Positions 42,792 to 52,868 are shown, counted from the stretch's first letter. The stretch is 64,000 bases of DNA from a virus (IMGVR_UViG_2811994991_000003:4601-68600), one strand, 5' to 3'. The notes: generated from the sequence alone by a model not told the origin. Program-made: numbers and translations.

Positions 42792-44057
42792 TCACACGCC
42801 ATTACCTCGGTTGATCTTCGCATAGTCGAACGGCGTAATTCCTCTCTCCCAATTGGCATCCAGAAAATCAGCCCACCACTGCAACATCAACTTGCGCTCA
42901 TCCAGATGTTCCGCTTTATGGATATATGCCGCCCTCACCGAATTGCGTTCCATATGGCTCATCTGGCGCTCCACGGCATCCTTCGACCATAGCCCTGACT
43001 CAATTAACGAACTACAGGCCATTGTGCGGAAACCATGGCCGCAAACCTCAACTTTAGTGTCATAGCCCATCACCCGTAGCGCACTGTTCACGGTGTTTTC
43101 ACTCATGGGCTTACGCGGATCGTGATCTCCAATAAAAATGAGTTCATGTTCGCCGCAGAACTGTTTTATCTGCTTCAGGATCGCCAGCGCCTGTTTTGAA
43201 AGCGGCACCAGATGAGGTGTACGCATCTTTGATCCTCGCTGAGAATGTTTCACGCCGGGAATAGGCTCTCGCTCAGGCGGGATGGTCCACATTGACGTTT
43301 CAAAATCGATCTCTGACCAGCGAGCAAAACGCAGCTCACTGGAGCGAATAAATATAAGCAGAGTGAGTTCCGTTGCCCAGCGGGTTAGCGGCCTGCCGGT
43401 ATAGCCGTCTATTTTCTCGAGTAACTCAGGTATACGCTTTAATTCCAGCGCCGGGCGATGTTGTCGATTACTGGAAGCAACCGCCCCAGCCATCTCTTGT
43501 GCCGGGTTATAATCAATTAACCCACTTTGCACCGCATACCGCATGATGGCCGTAGTGCGCTGTTGAAGACGGGCAGCAACCTCAAGACGTCCAGACATCT
43601 CCACGGCTTTAATGGGTGCTAATAAATCGCGAGTTTTTAACTCAGCGATATTACGCTCACCAAGCGCTGCGAAGAGATTATCTTCCAGACTTTTTAGCAC
43701 ACGATGGGCGTGATCTTCAGACCACTTTTTATTGGTGCCATGCCACTCAATCGCTACCTCTTTAAAGGTTCGAGCTTTACTCTGTTCAACCTTATCATTT
43801 TTCTTTTTGTCTCCCGGATCGACGCCATTCGCTAGCAGCTTACGCGCTTCGTCACGACGTGCTCTGGCATCCGCCAGTGTGATTTCAGGGTAAACCCCAA
43901 GTGCCAGCATCTTTTGCTTGCCGTCAAAACGGTACTGCAAGCGCCAGTACTTAGAGCCATTTGGATGAACAAGCAGGTGCATACCGCTGCCATCGGTCAG
44001 CTTATATTGCTTATCCGTTGGTTTGGCTGTTCTAACCTTGATATCTGTTAACGCCAT
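42792..44057 (-). CDS. P4-family tyrosine integrase of the RM island
   Basis: MALTDIKVRTAKP arm domain; RSSELR, HGFR, QMSH, AAY. Confidence 0.96.
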   Translation of the reverse strand: MALTDIKVRTAKPTDKQYKLTDGSGMHLLVHPNGSKYWRLQYRFDGKQKMLALGVYPEITLADARARRDEARKLLANGVDPGDKKKNDKVEQSKARTFKEVAIEWHGTNKKWSEDHAHRVLKSLEDNLFAALGERNIAELKTRDLLAPIKAVEMSGRLEVAARLQQRTTAIMRYAVQSGLIDYNPAQEMAGAVASSNRQHRPALELKRIPELLEKIDGYTGRPLTRWATELTLLIFIRSSELRFARWSEIDFETSMWTIPPEREPIPGVKHSQRGSKMRTPHLVPLSKQALAILKQIKQFCGEHELIFIGDHDPRKPMSENTVNSALRVMGYDTKVEVCGHGFRTMACSSLIESGLWSKDAVERQMSHMERNSVRAAYIHKAEHLDERKLMLQWWADFLDANWERGITPFDYAKINRGNGV

Positions 44058-44243
44058 GCTTATCCCCTCCCTGTTGGTACAAGCATTATCGAACCGGAAA
44101 TACCATCATCTATACCAACATGTGTTGGTAGATGTACGTTGATGTCGGTTGACCTTGAGAGAGTTAATATAGCGGGAAAGGTAGATAAATACTGGATTTT
44201 AGACATAAAAAAAGACCTCAGTTGAGGTCCATTTACATACTTT

Positions 44244-44262
44244 TGGTGCGAAGGCCGGACTC
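44244..44262 (-). other. att: duplicated leuX 3' end with 1-bp deletion; junction of tandem islands
   Basis: TGGTGCGAAGGCCGGACTC versus TGGTGCCGAAGGCCGGACTC at 56929-56948; TGCCCCC arm repeats near 44319-44337 and 56795-56823. Confidence 0.88.
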
Positions 44263-44446
44263 AAATCATTTCATATGACAATGAAAATAAAGGAATAAAT
44301 AAAAACAAACTCTTGATATGCCCCCTTTTGTGCCCCCACAATTCTTTTCGCCTCAGAGGCATGTAAATGTTTGAAGTAAATTCGTGATAGTACTTTTTTG
44401 CTCAACTCGGTTAGGTTCCGTCAATCGGATCCTTACCAGAACGGGT

Positions 44447-45178
44447 TTAACCAGCCATTAATGATAGTGCCGCTTTGATGTAATTTTCCTCTGGTTTAAA
44501 TCTCGACATATGGCGCACACAAATTACCGGGATGTTTCTGCCGTTGAGTTTGGCTATAAAAGCGAACGTGGTGTGATAGCCCTTAGGGTGAGAATATTTT
44601 AGCGTGGAAGCATCGCCAAAGTGTTCAAGTAATAAACTCGCGGCAGAAAGCGTTTGAAGACTATTGCTATACGCAACAATGATCTCGGGCTCACTCAGCG
44701 ACATCGTTACTTGTTCGAAAAATGCCATTGAGCTTTTGATTATTTCTTTCACAGTCATGTTGAAATGCTGCGCTTCCTCCCGAAGCGTCGAAGCATTACG
44801 GGAACACATCATCAGCGCGTTGGTATAAATAACATCCTCCCAGCTATAACCGAGGCTACCAGGTATTTGCTGTAGCCTTTTTGCCAGGTGCGTTATCCCC
44901 CACTTTCCCTGAATACCCTGCTGAACACCAGAAATAAGAGGGTAAGCGTGATCCCGTAGAACCGACTGAGCATTAGTCATACAGGCATCTGCTGACGAGC
45001 CGTTGAAGCCCATCATGACCAGCCGTTTTCTGGAAGGTGGTGCGGTCAGAAGTTCAAAAGCACAGTCATACGGTCTGCCCGGTAAATTCGCCAGCCCCAG
45101 ACGTGATAGCCCCGTTAAAATATAATCTCTTGTCTTATCCATCAAAAAATTGTCCATCAAAGCTGTTATTAAGATCAT
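44447..45178 (-). CDS. Hypothetical protein with UDG-superfamily-like motifs
   Basis: LVMMGFNGS, IYTNALMM, EPEIIVAY, IPVICVRHMSR occur in UDG motif order. Confidence 0.5.
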   Translation of the reverse strand: MILITALMDNFLMDKTRDYILTGLSRLGLANLPGRPYDCAFELLTAPPSRKRLVMMGFNGSSADACMTNAQSVLRDHAYPLISGVQQGIQGKWGITHLAKRLQQIPGSLGYSWEDVIYTNALMMCSRNASTLREEAQHFNMTVKEIIKSSMAFFEQVTMSLSEPEIIVAYSNSLQTLSAASLLLEHFGDASTLKYSHPKGYHTTFAFIAKLNGRNIPVICVRHMSRFKPEENYIKAALSLMAG

Positions 45179-45209
45179 ACGAGAAAAAAAGTTTTTTTCC
45201 GATTAACTG

Positions 45210-45382
45210 GTCACACTGTTCACCTGCGATAATTTTTCTTTATTTTCAACTACATGACTAATGAATACATGGTGAAGAGTGAACAGTGCATTGTTCACCT
45301 TTGTGTCGGTGGGAATAAAAAGACCGGCAGGAGCCGGTCTGAGTGGGTTATTTCACTGCGGGTTCGTCGCACTTCGTAGCCA
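45210..45382. repeat. Second crr-like region plus duplicated alpha 3' end and terminator
   Basis: TGTTCACC/GTGAAC iterons; AAAAAGACCGGCA..GCCGGTCTG and TTATTT..TGCGGG.TCGTCGCA.TTCG similar to 47317-47380. Confidence 0.75.
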
Positions 45383-45508
45383 AGCTGGCAGAGTCTGAAT
45401 GAATTCGCTAATTAATTGAATTAAAATGTTTTTTAATGAATTCGACTTGCATTTGTATACCTAAGCGTATACCAATCGTTTCACCTAACACTCTTTTGAG
45501 CTCATTTC

Positions 45509-45895
45509 TTATGTGCATTTATCCAGCTCGGCAGTAAGCCTGTTTATCTCATCCCGAATGTGTTTCCGACGCTGTTTTAACAACAAGCTCGCTGGAACAA
45601 CACGCTCAATAATGGTCGGCTTCCTGCTCACGTACTCCGTGACGAGCCGCTTAACATCTTCTTCTGTCCAGCCATCCATCACTGGCGTTGGATTATAAAG
45701 AAGATTACCCTGGAGGGCAGGGGCAACTTCCTCATCCAGAATCACAAAGATCGTTTCCCGGCTGAGCCCGGACTCCTTTAACATCTTTGCAATCCATCGA
45801 TAGTCATAGTCCTGGAGTTCCCGACCGGTGAAAAGCTCCGATAAGGCGTGCCAGACAGTGATGCGGTTTGCTTGATCGTTATCTGTCAGTTGCAT
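45509..45895 (-). CDS. Hypothetical protein (DUF7079-like, possible orphan immunity protein)
   Basis: GGAGGAG RBS; VWHALSELF...EEVAPAL..NL. Confidence 0.55.
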   Translation of the reverse strand: MQLTDNDQANRITVWHALSELFTGRELQDYDYRWIAKMLKESGLSRETIFVILDEEVAPALQGNLLYNPTPVMDGWTEEDVKRLVTEYVSRKPTIIERVVPASLLLKQRRKHIRDEINRLTAELDKCT

Positions 45896-46029
45896 GTTAG
45901 CTCCTCCCGACGCTGAAAAATAAGAGGATAAGAATTTTCCTAGATTGTAAACGAAAGCAAAAAATGCCTGCCAAATGCCCAATCACGGTAGTTAAAATGA
46001 TTATGGGATATAAGAAAAGGAAAAGGCAA

Positions 46030-46611
46030 ATGGTTGATATTACAGCAGAGATGCTTTGGAATATTGCCAGGCATTACCGGCATATAGAAAGCCTGCTAAA
46101 TTCACAGCATTACAATGTCCATGCCATAGCACCACATTTGAACCAATGGTTTACCGTTTATGGAATAAATACAGAATTAAGAGCCGCTCATTTTATAGCG
46201 CAAGCTTGTGTTGAAACTGCAAACTTTTCCAGATTAACTGAAGTTCCAAGAGATGGTGGCAGAGAATATGATGCAGGAACGCGGATAGGACGTAATTTAG
46301 GTAATACAGAAGTAGGCGATGGCCCAAAATTTATAGGTCGTGGGTTATTACATCTGACAGGTCGAGAAAATTATACGAATTTCGGAAGCCAGTTTGAGAA
46401 AGATTACGTAACCGATCCCACTATAGTTGCAAGGAACCCATATGTTGCTGTTAAGGCAGCGTGTTATTATTGGGATCTCAGGCATGTGAATGCAGCAGCA
46501 GACAGGGATGACGTAAATAAAGTTACCCTTCTCGTGAACGGTGGCTACAACGGTCTCGAAGAAAGGAAAGGGGCGTTGATAAGAGCAAAGAGAGAGCTTG
46601 GAATAATATGA
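46030..46611 (+). CDS. GH19 lysozyme/chitinase-like peptidoglycan hydrolase
   Basis: RAAHFIAQACVET, GDGPKFIGRGLLHLTGRENY, VNGGYNGLEER; no signal peptide. Confidence 0.88.
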   Translation: MVDITAEMLWNIARHYRHIESLLNSQHYNVHAIAPHLNQWFTVYGINTELRAAHFIAQACVETANFSRLTEVPRDGGREYDAGTRIGRNLGNTEVGDGPKFIGRGLLHLTGRENYTNFGSQFEKDYVTDPTIVARNPYVAVKAACYYWDLRHVNAAADRDDVNKVTLLVNGGYNGLEERKGALIRAKRELGII

Positions 46612-46943
46612 AAGTATCAACTGGTATTCTAACATTATTACTGTGTGCTATAACTTTTCCGTCTTTGGCTGCTGCGAAACAGTCTGAGTTAACTTGTAAA
46701 GCTCAGGCAATAACAGAAGCAAATAAACTGCTGGCTTTTTATCGGGACAACGATGACAGAGCTGAGGTTGATAAAGACGTAACTGCATTAGCGAAGATGC
46801 AAAATCCGGAAAATAAATCGCAATATTTTGATGTATTGCAGACCTGGGGTTATATCTATAAAGGTAAGTATCGTATGAGATTCATCTTCCTTAATGACTG
46901 TACGCTCATGGGGGAAGAAATTTTAGAGTATGCTAATCCTTAG
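46608..46943 (+). CDS. Exported protein, putative periplasmic inhibitor/immunity
   Basis: Sec signal peptide ending SLA/AAA; two Cys in mature part; ATGA overlap with the GH19 gene. Confidence 0.55.
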   Translation: MKVSTGILTLLLCAITFPSLAAAKQSELTCKAQAITEANKLLAFYRDNDDRAEVDKDVTALAKMQNPENKSQYFDVLQTWGYIYKGKYRMRFIFLNDCTLMGEEILEYANP

Positions 46944-47199
46944 TATCACTTGGATTTTCGCATATATCTCGGGGCGGCATTTTTGCCGCTCCCCACAGTA
47001 AATTGAATAACGAAATTTAGCTTAAATTCCAATTCCTCTCACAGCCCAAAACAATCCTTTAGGGCCACTCCCTTTAAAATCCGTCAGCCCTGGGCTCTTC
47101 AATCGGATTCTCAAATGTGTTCTATGTGCAGAGTGCTCTCTTTCTGTAGGGCGTTTTCCAACAAACATTAGGCCGATGGGTGTAAAAAGTTTTTTTTGT

Positions 47200-47342
47200 G
47201 TTTACCATTCACACTGTTCACTCCGCCATTTTTTTATTATTTATCATAGTCATGAGTGGTGATGAGTTAGTGAATAGTGAACAGTACACTGTTCACCTCC
47301 GGGGGCGTCAGATAGAAAAAGACCGGCAATCGCCGGTCTGTG
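47200..47342. promoter_or_regulatory. P4 crr-like iterons and alpha terminator
   Basis: TGTTCAC/GTGAAC repeats just downstream of alpha; AGACCGGC hairpin with A-tract. Confidence 0.7.
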
Positions 47343-47346
47343 GTGG

Positions 47347-49680
47347 TTATTTTGTTGCGGGCTCGTCGCATTTCGGCAGCCAGTCGCCGTTGCTTTCTTC
47401 TTTCAGCGTCAGGTTAGTCTGCATCCCCTGATTTGTTCGCCGCCTATCATAGTTCAGGCCGTACTCTTTCAGCATGGCTGGTAACCCCTTTCCGAACGAG
47501 GTCAGGCTGAGCGTGTTTTTGTAACCGTGAGCCTCCATGTAGACCAGATAGGCGTGATAAAGATACTGGCGAGGCTGACGTGGAATGATGTTGGCATTAC
47601 CCATATACATGCCGTCAGCGTCAGGCAGTGCCTCCAGATAGCCGCAAAAATCAAACGCCGGGTCGGCGTCACGCTTGATGCTCAGTGCCTCGCCGGAGTT
47701 CTGCTGCGACTGGAGCAGAGTGCGGGCGGTCATCGGGTCGCTGAACCGCTGCATAAGCTGGCGCACAATGACGGCCAGCTCGCGGGCAATTTTATCCTTA
47801 AGATGCGGGTCGCGCTCCTCTGGGGCAATCTGTTCCGGGAAATGCAGAATAACCCGGCGACGTGAAACACCGCCGCTGCGGTCGGTGAAGCGCATCGGGT
47901 TGTTGTTGACGGCCAGTATCACCGCCGGAATGTGTGTTGAATACGCATCCCGGTATTTCGGGTCAACCGATACCGCATCGCCGCCGGTGATGGCCTTGAG
48001 CCCCGCGCCGTCCCCGCTCCATTTCTCCTGGTCAGGCAGACGAATCAGCGAAAAGCCAATCAGCGCGGCACGCTCACGCGGCGATTCCAGCGTTTCAATC
48101 GTCGCGGAGGTGGCATTGTCTTCGCCTGCGAGCAAAGTCGCGATTTCGGCCAGAATGCTTTTCCCGCTTCCGCCTGGCCCCGTAACTTCGAGAAAGAGCT
48201 GCCAGTCATAGCGGTTAGCCAGCACCATAAACAGCGCGGCGAGTATCACGTCGCGTTTGTCGGCGCGGCCACCGGCGGCGCGGTCAAGCCAGCGCCAGAA
48301 ATGCGGAGCGTGAGTTTCGAGTGTTTCGCCCGCCACCGGCGGGGTGAAATCCACCTCGCACAGGGTGCGCAGCCAGTGGGATTTGTGATGCGGGCTGAAC
48401 GTGCCGCTCACGGTATCGAGCACGCCGTTACGAAAGCCAATCAGCCGCCGTGCCGGCGCGCCCTGTTGCGGCACAATCAGTTTCAGGGTCTCCACCACTG
48501 ACGCAATTTTGCCTGATGAGAACGGCGCGCGCAGGCGCTGGAAAAGTGCGGCCACATCGCGGGAGAAGTCAGCCGGGGAAATCACTTTCCAGGCTCCGGC
48601 TTCATAGCGGGAAAGAAGCTGCCCGTTCGGGTCAACCGCCAGCGCCTCGCCGTAATGCTCATGTACGCGCATGGCCTTTTCGCTGGTACTCATGGCGGTG
48701 AATTCCGCCTCGCTCATGGTGTCGAACGGGCTGGCGACCGGTAGCTTAATGGTATCGTAAATCGCCTGGTGCGTGGCTTCCTTCCCCTGCCGCATAAATG
48801 CATCATTCCAGTCACCGAACACCGGCGGCAGGGCGACAATTCCCTCGCAGGCTTTTGCGGCCGCAGCGGCTTTTGTCTGGCCGTCGCCGTTCAGGTCACG
48901 GTCAGCCGCGAGAACAATCTGACAGCCCGGATACCGGTTGCGGGCGAGGCTCGCCAGAGAAAGAAGGTTCACGGAGGACAGCGCCACCATCACGGTTTCC
49001 CCGGTCAGGTGATGCACGGTCAGCGCCGTGGCGTACCCTTCTGCTATCCACAGGCGTTTTCCCGCCTGTTTTTCACCGTTGATAAGGTGACAGGCTCCCT
49101 TCACCTGGCCGCCTTTCAGCGTGCGTTTGTCGCCGTCAGCGTTAATGAGCTGGAGGTTAACCAGCGCGCCGGTGTCGTCATACAGCGGGACAACCACATC
49201 CCCGGCGCGGTACGTCACGCCGCCGGTTTTGTGGGTGGAGGTGAGCGTCAGGCACTCGCAGCCGGGAAAACCCTTGCGGGTCAGGTAGGCGTTACCGGAA
49301 GCTGAGCGGCTTTTCGCCAGCAGACTGGCCGCCAGCGCGGCGGCCTCCCTGCGGCTGGCTTCGCTTTCCGCCGTATCAGCAGTAATCACCGCCGGGGCAA
49401 CCGGCGGCAGGCTGCCGGTCACGGCGTTCACCCGGTCGGCGGCTTCGCTGACCGTCACGCCCAGCGCCTTTTCAACCAGGCTCAGGCCGTCACCCGCGCC
49501 GCACTGGTTGCAGAACCATGTGCCGCGCCCCTCTTTATCGTCAAAGCGGAAGCGGTCAGCGCCGCCGCACACCGGGCAGGGCTGATGCCGGTTCTTCATC
49601 ACTTTCACGCCCAGCGCCGGGAGAATGCGCGGCCAGTGGCCGCACGCCTGTCTGACGGTTTCCGTTACGTTCATTTTCAT
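47347..49680 (-). CDS. alpha: P4 alpha primase/helicase
   Basis: 777 aa; CPVCGGADRFRF zinc finger, EGYATA TOPRIM, GPGGSGKS. Confidence 0.97.
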   Translation of the reverse strand: MKMNVTETVRQACGHWPRILPALGVKVMKNRHQPCPVCGGADRFRFDDKEGRGTWFCNQCGAGDGLSLVEKALGVTVSEAADRVNAVTGSLPPVAPAVITADTAESEASRREAAALAASLLAKSRSASGNAYLTRKGFPGCECLTLTSTHKTGGVTYRAGDVVVPLYDDTGALVNLQLINADGDKRTLKGGQVKGACHLINGEKQAGKRLWIAEGYATALTVHHLTGETVMVALSSVNLLSLASLARNRYPGCQIVLAADRDLNGDGQTKAAAAAKACEGIVALPPVFGDWNDAFMRQGKEATHQAIYDTIKLPVASPFDTMSEAEFTAMSTSEKAMRVHEHYGEALAVDPNGQLLSRYEAGAWKVISPADFSRDVAALFQRLRAPFSSGKIASVVETLKLIVPQQGAPARRLIGFRNGVLDTVSGTFSPHHKSHWLRTLCEVDFTPPVAGETLETHAPHFWRWLDRAAGGRADKRDVILAALFMVLANRYDWQLFLEVTGPGGSGKSILAEIATLLAGEDNATSATIETLESPRERAALIGFSLIRLPDQEKWSGDGAGLKAITGGDAVSVDPKYRDAYSTHIPAVILAVNNNPMRFTDRSGGVSRRRVILHFPEQIAPEERDPHLKDKIARELAVIVRQLMQRFSDPMTARTLLQSQQNSGEALSIKRDADPAFDFCGYLEALPDADGMYMGNANIIPRQPRQYLYHAYLVYMEAHGYKNTLSLTSFGKGLPAMLKEYGLNYDRRRTNQGMQTNLTLKEESNGDWLPKCDEPATK

Positions 49681-49689
49681 TCTTTTTCC

Positions 49690-50010
49690 TCAGTGCACGA
49701 CCGGCGCGGTGATATGGCGGGCGCATAACTCTTCCATCACGGCCAGGCCGAGAAAGGAGAGCGACGGCGCGGTTTTGAGTGGTGCGGCATTCATTAAATC
49801 TTCCAGCAGCGCACAGGCAATCTGGCGGCCTTTATCCTCGCCGTGCTGGCGCAGATAAAATCCTTCCAGCTCGGCGGCGATGGCGGATTCCAGCGCATCG
49901 AGTGTCAGATGCGGGTAACGGTTCTGGCGCTGGCACAGGGTCAGCCAGGCACAGGCCACGGCGCGGCGGTAAAGTGCAGCGCGCAGGACGGGCGGTAACG
50001 GCTGTTTCAT
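49690..50010 (-). CDS. P4 orf106/Cnr-position protein (DUF5375-like)
   Basis: 106 aa immediately upstream of alpha. Confidence 0.7.
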   Translation of the reverse strand: MKQPLPPVLRAALYRRAVACAWLTLCQRQNRYPHLTLDALESAIAAELEGFYLRQHGEDKGRQIACALLEDLMNAAPLKTAPSLSFLGLAVMEELCARHITAPVVH

Positions 50011-50234
50011 ACCTTTTCCTCCCCGTCGAGCCAGCGCCGGTTGCAGCGTTCGATCACCGCATCGAGCTGATCCGTCATCAGGTAAATCAGGGAAATGAGT
50101 TGCAGACGCTCAGCAGGATCGCGGCGGAGGGTCACATTGTCCTGTTCCGTTGCCAGCTCGCTGACCAGATGGCCGATATTGCGCAGATGTTCGAGATACC
50201 GGAGATCGTCAAGGGTGAGGATGGAGTGACTCAT
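50007..50234 (-). CDS. Small P4 early-operon protein
   Basis: 75 aa, ATGA-coupled on both sides. Confidence 0.65.
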   Translation of the reverse strand: MSHSILTLDDLRYLEHLRNIGHLVSELATEQDNVTLRRDPAERLQLISLIYLMTDQLDAVIERCNRRWLDGEEKV

Positions 50235-50779
50235 GCGCGCACCTCGGCAACCGGCAGGCGACCGGCAAACGAGAGGACATACTCGCGAACGAGGGAACGA
50301 CGTGCGGTACGCTCATCAGCGGCAACGGTGCGCAGCATAAAGATGCGTGGTTTACGCCCGGAACGGCGAACGGCTGCAAAGATAAAGATAAATTGCGGGT
50401 GAGACAGGGTGAGGGTCGTAGCCATAAGGGCAACCTCCTTGAAGTAGCGGTTATCGCTACCACCGGAGTTCTCACGCTCTGGTGGTAGCCCAGACGGGGG
50501 TGAGAAACCGGCCTTCAAGGGAACCGGCCAGCCCGAAGGCTGCCCCGCCTGAGCCACCATTACGCAGATACAGCAACGGTTAAAGAACCGGTACGTAAAC
50601 AACAGGTGCACAGAGGCATAGACACAAAAAAAGACGCATGGCGCGTCCGGTGTCGCCTTGAAGAAACTCGGGTTCTCACGCCCGGCTGCCGATTTTGCGA
50701 CAGCGGGAAAACTATACCTGGAAATGCCGACAGGAAGCAAGCCAGAAAAAGGGGCGTTTTGCTGACCGGGCAACATCAT
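50231..50779 (-). CDS. ash: Ash-family protein; C-terminal 64 aa (50231-50425) is an Icd/Kil-like ORF
   Basis: [14 protein letters not shown]; internal AAGGAGG RBS before [21 protein letters not shown]. Confidence 0.8.
   Translation of the reverse strand: MMLPGQQNAPFSGLLPVGISRYSFPAVAKSAAGRENPSFFKATPDAPCVFFCVYASVHLLFTYRFFNRCCICVMVAQAGQPSGWPVPLKAGFSPPSGLPPERENSGGSDNRYFKEVALMATTLTLSHPQFIFIFAAVRRSGRKPRIFMLRTVAADERTARRSLVREYVLSFAGRLPVAEVRA
50483..50559 (-). ncRNA. P4 CI / C4-type antisense immunity RNA
   Basis: TGGTGGCTCAGGCGGGG...CCCGTCTGGGCTACCA stem; CCTTGAAG and TTCTCAC are complementary to target pairs at 50656-50679 and 50437-50475. Confidence 0.85.
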
Positions 50780-51042
50780 GCATCGCAGCCCCGGTTACGC
50801 GCCGCGATGCGATCGCTCATCCACGCAGCGATTTCACTGTGCGCCCACGCCACGTTTTTTCCGCCGAGAGAGATTTGTTTCGGGAAAGCCTCCCGGCTGA
50901 TGAGGTCGTAAATGGTCGAGCGGGACAAACCGCATAAATGCATCACTTCGGGCAGGCGTAAAAAGCGCTCCTGAATAACGTCAGAAACCGGCATTAACGG
51001 CGCGGCAGGGGCGGAAGACGGAGAAGAAAAAGCGGTGTGCAT
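50776..51042 (-). CDS. alpA: AlpA/Vis regulator-excisionase
   Basis: 88 aa; [20 protein letters not shown]...FPKQISLG. Confidence 0.93.
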   Translation of the reverse strand: MHTAFSSPSSAPAAPLMPVSDVIQERFLRLPEVMHLCGLSRSTIYDLISREAFPKQISLGGKNVAWAHSEIAAWMSDRIAARNRGCDA

Positions 51043-51342
51043 CGGGCTACCTCATAAAGTCCATACAGTGCCGGTCGTGTCTTTCCGGCTTCGGGTAGCG
51101 CTCTATTTTGTGAATATTTTTGCGTATTACAACAAGGGCACTCCAGGCTGTTTTCTGCATGGTTGTCTGTTTAATAAGCAGCTCATTTTTCGGGTTTGCC
51201 TCTGTTTGCCAATAAATGCCAATGTGAGCCAATATAACCAGTAACTAAAATTGCAAACCTTTTTATCCGATTAATTAAGCTGATATTAAAAGGAAAAAAC
51301 ATCAGAAAAAAAATACTGCCGTACCGGAAGAAACAAAAAAGA

Positions 51343-51450
51343 GGTGAACAGTAGTGAACAGTCGGTGAACACTTAATTTCTCAACTGTTCACCCTTTAAC
51401 TTACTGTATTAACTATTCTTTTATTTCTCAGTGAACAGAGTGAAGAGTTA
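51343..51450. promoter_or_regulatory. P4 ori1 iterons
   Basis: Multiple GTGAAC/TGTTCACC repeats in AT-rich gap between alpA and sid. Confidence 0.78.
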
Positions 51451-51524
51451 ACTACAGAAAAACAAACAGAAAGAGGGGTTTCCGGAGAGCTCTTTCTGGC
51501 GAGCCATTTTTTTCAGCGGGTTTC

Positions 51525-51542
51525 TGTGCCATACCGGCCACA
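51525..51542 (+). promoter_or_regulatory. Ogr/Delta binding site of Psid (TGT-N12-ACA)
   Basis: TGTGCCATACCGGCCACA upstream of sid. Confidence 0.7.
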
Positions 51543-51614
51543 ACTGCAATCAGTCGTTTCGTTGTGCAGGGCGCGGCAGAATGCGCTCAGGTTGACAACA
51601 CAGAGAGCCCCGAC

Positions 51615-52412
51615 ATGAAAACTGAACTGATTACCGCCGTGATGAAAACCCTCGGCAGCACCCAGGATGCGAAAACCCGCACCGCTATCGACAGCGCCCT
51701 CGATGCCATGAATAAAAAGGCCAGCGAAGAGAGTGCGGTCGCTGTAAATCGTGCCGTAGATAAGTTCACTCAGGCAAAAGCCGCTCACACCGGCAACATG
51801 ATGAAGCTGAACGATATCGGCGCGGCCATCACCCGCAGCGAAAAGGAGCGCGAGAACGCCCTGACAGAAAGTGCCGAAGCGGAACAGAGCTGGCGCGAGC
51901 GTTTCCGCACCCTGCGCGGCGAAATGACCCCGGAGCTGAAAGCCGAACACGGCAGACGCATTGCCGGTCGGGAACTGGCGGAGGAGTTCACCGCCCTGAT
52001 TGCGGAGCTGGAAACCGATAAATCCCGCGCCATGCTGGCCGCCTGCGCCTCCGGTGAAAAGTACGTGGAAGAACACCGGACAGCGTTTGGCCTGTACACT
52101 CAGACCGAGTGGGCGGATGCCATGAAGACCATCAGCCCGGCGCTGATCAGGGCATTCGCGCTGCGTCTGCGCGCGCTGGAAATGCATCAGGCGGAACGCC
52201 CGCTCAATACCCTGATTCAGGAGCTCGGCGGCCATGTTTCCGTTCAGGCCGGGTTTTACACCTTTGATATGGACAGGGAACCGGTGCTCTCACAGCTCGG
52301 TATGCACCGCCCGCCGCTGACCGGCGTGGATATGGCGCTGTATAAAAGCCCGGTGAAGCGAACACTGCTCGCCACACGACTGGCCGAGAAAAGAAAACAG
52401 GCGGAGGGCTGA
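51615..52412 (+). CDS. sid: Capsid size determination protein Sid
   Basis: AKAAH..N, WRERFR..GEMTPELKAEH, EPVLSQLG resemble P4 Sid as I recall it. Confidence 0.8.
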   Translation: MKTELITAVMKTLGSTQDAKTRTAIDSALDAMNKKASEESAVAVNRAVDKFTQAKAAHTGNMMKLNDIGAAITRSEKERENALTESAEAEQSWRERFRTLRGEMTPELKAEHGRRIAGRELAEEFTALIAELETDKSRAMLAACASGEKYVEEHRTAFGLYTQTEWADAMKTISPALIRAFALRLRALEMHQAERPLNTLIQELGGHVSVQAGFYTFDMDREPVLSQLGMHRPPLTGVDMALYKSPVKRTLLATRLAEKRKQAEG

Positions 52413-52415
52413 GCC

Positions 52416-52619
52416 ATGTTTCACTGTCCGTTCTGCAGACAACCCGCGCACGCGCGCACCAGTCGCTATCTGACGGAAAATCTCAAGCAGCGCTATCACC
52501 AGTGCACCAGTATTGAATGCTCGGCCACGTTCCGCACCACAGAGACACTCGACGGCGTGATACGCAGACCGGCCATGCCGGAAAATGAGGTTTTGCAGGC
52601 AGATATCCAGCCGCAATAA
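52416..52619 (+). CDS. delta: Single-domain Delta/Ogr late activator
   Basis: MFHCPFC...AHARTSRY...YHQC..IECSATF. Confidence 0.92.
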   Translation: MFHCPFCRQPAHARTSRYLTENLKQRYHQCTSIECSATFRTTETLDGVIRRPAMPENEVLQADIQPQ

Positions 52620-52849
52620 TTTCCCGAAAATCTCCCAATTTATGTGCGCCGGTACTCGTTACCGGCTGCGCCCTCAGTCCCCCAAAAAAAGCCCAAAAAT
52701 CCCATTATTTTTTCGAAAAATACCCTGCATGCGTGAGGTGCATTTAATTGCATTTATTTCTCTGGCTGCCAGAATCCCGCCCGCACCAGACCTGGCGCGG
52801 CCTGAGCCCGGTCATGCATCTGCATTTAAATTGCCCTGTAAAGCGGGCA

Positions 52850-52868
52850 GGCGAGGCGGGGAAAGCAC
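52850..52868 (+). other. cos: P4 cos site
   Basis: GGCGAGGCGGGGAAAGCAC. Confidence 0.93.

Noticed and set aside
51513-52235. 240-aa minus-strand ORF
   Set aside because: Antisense shadow of sid
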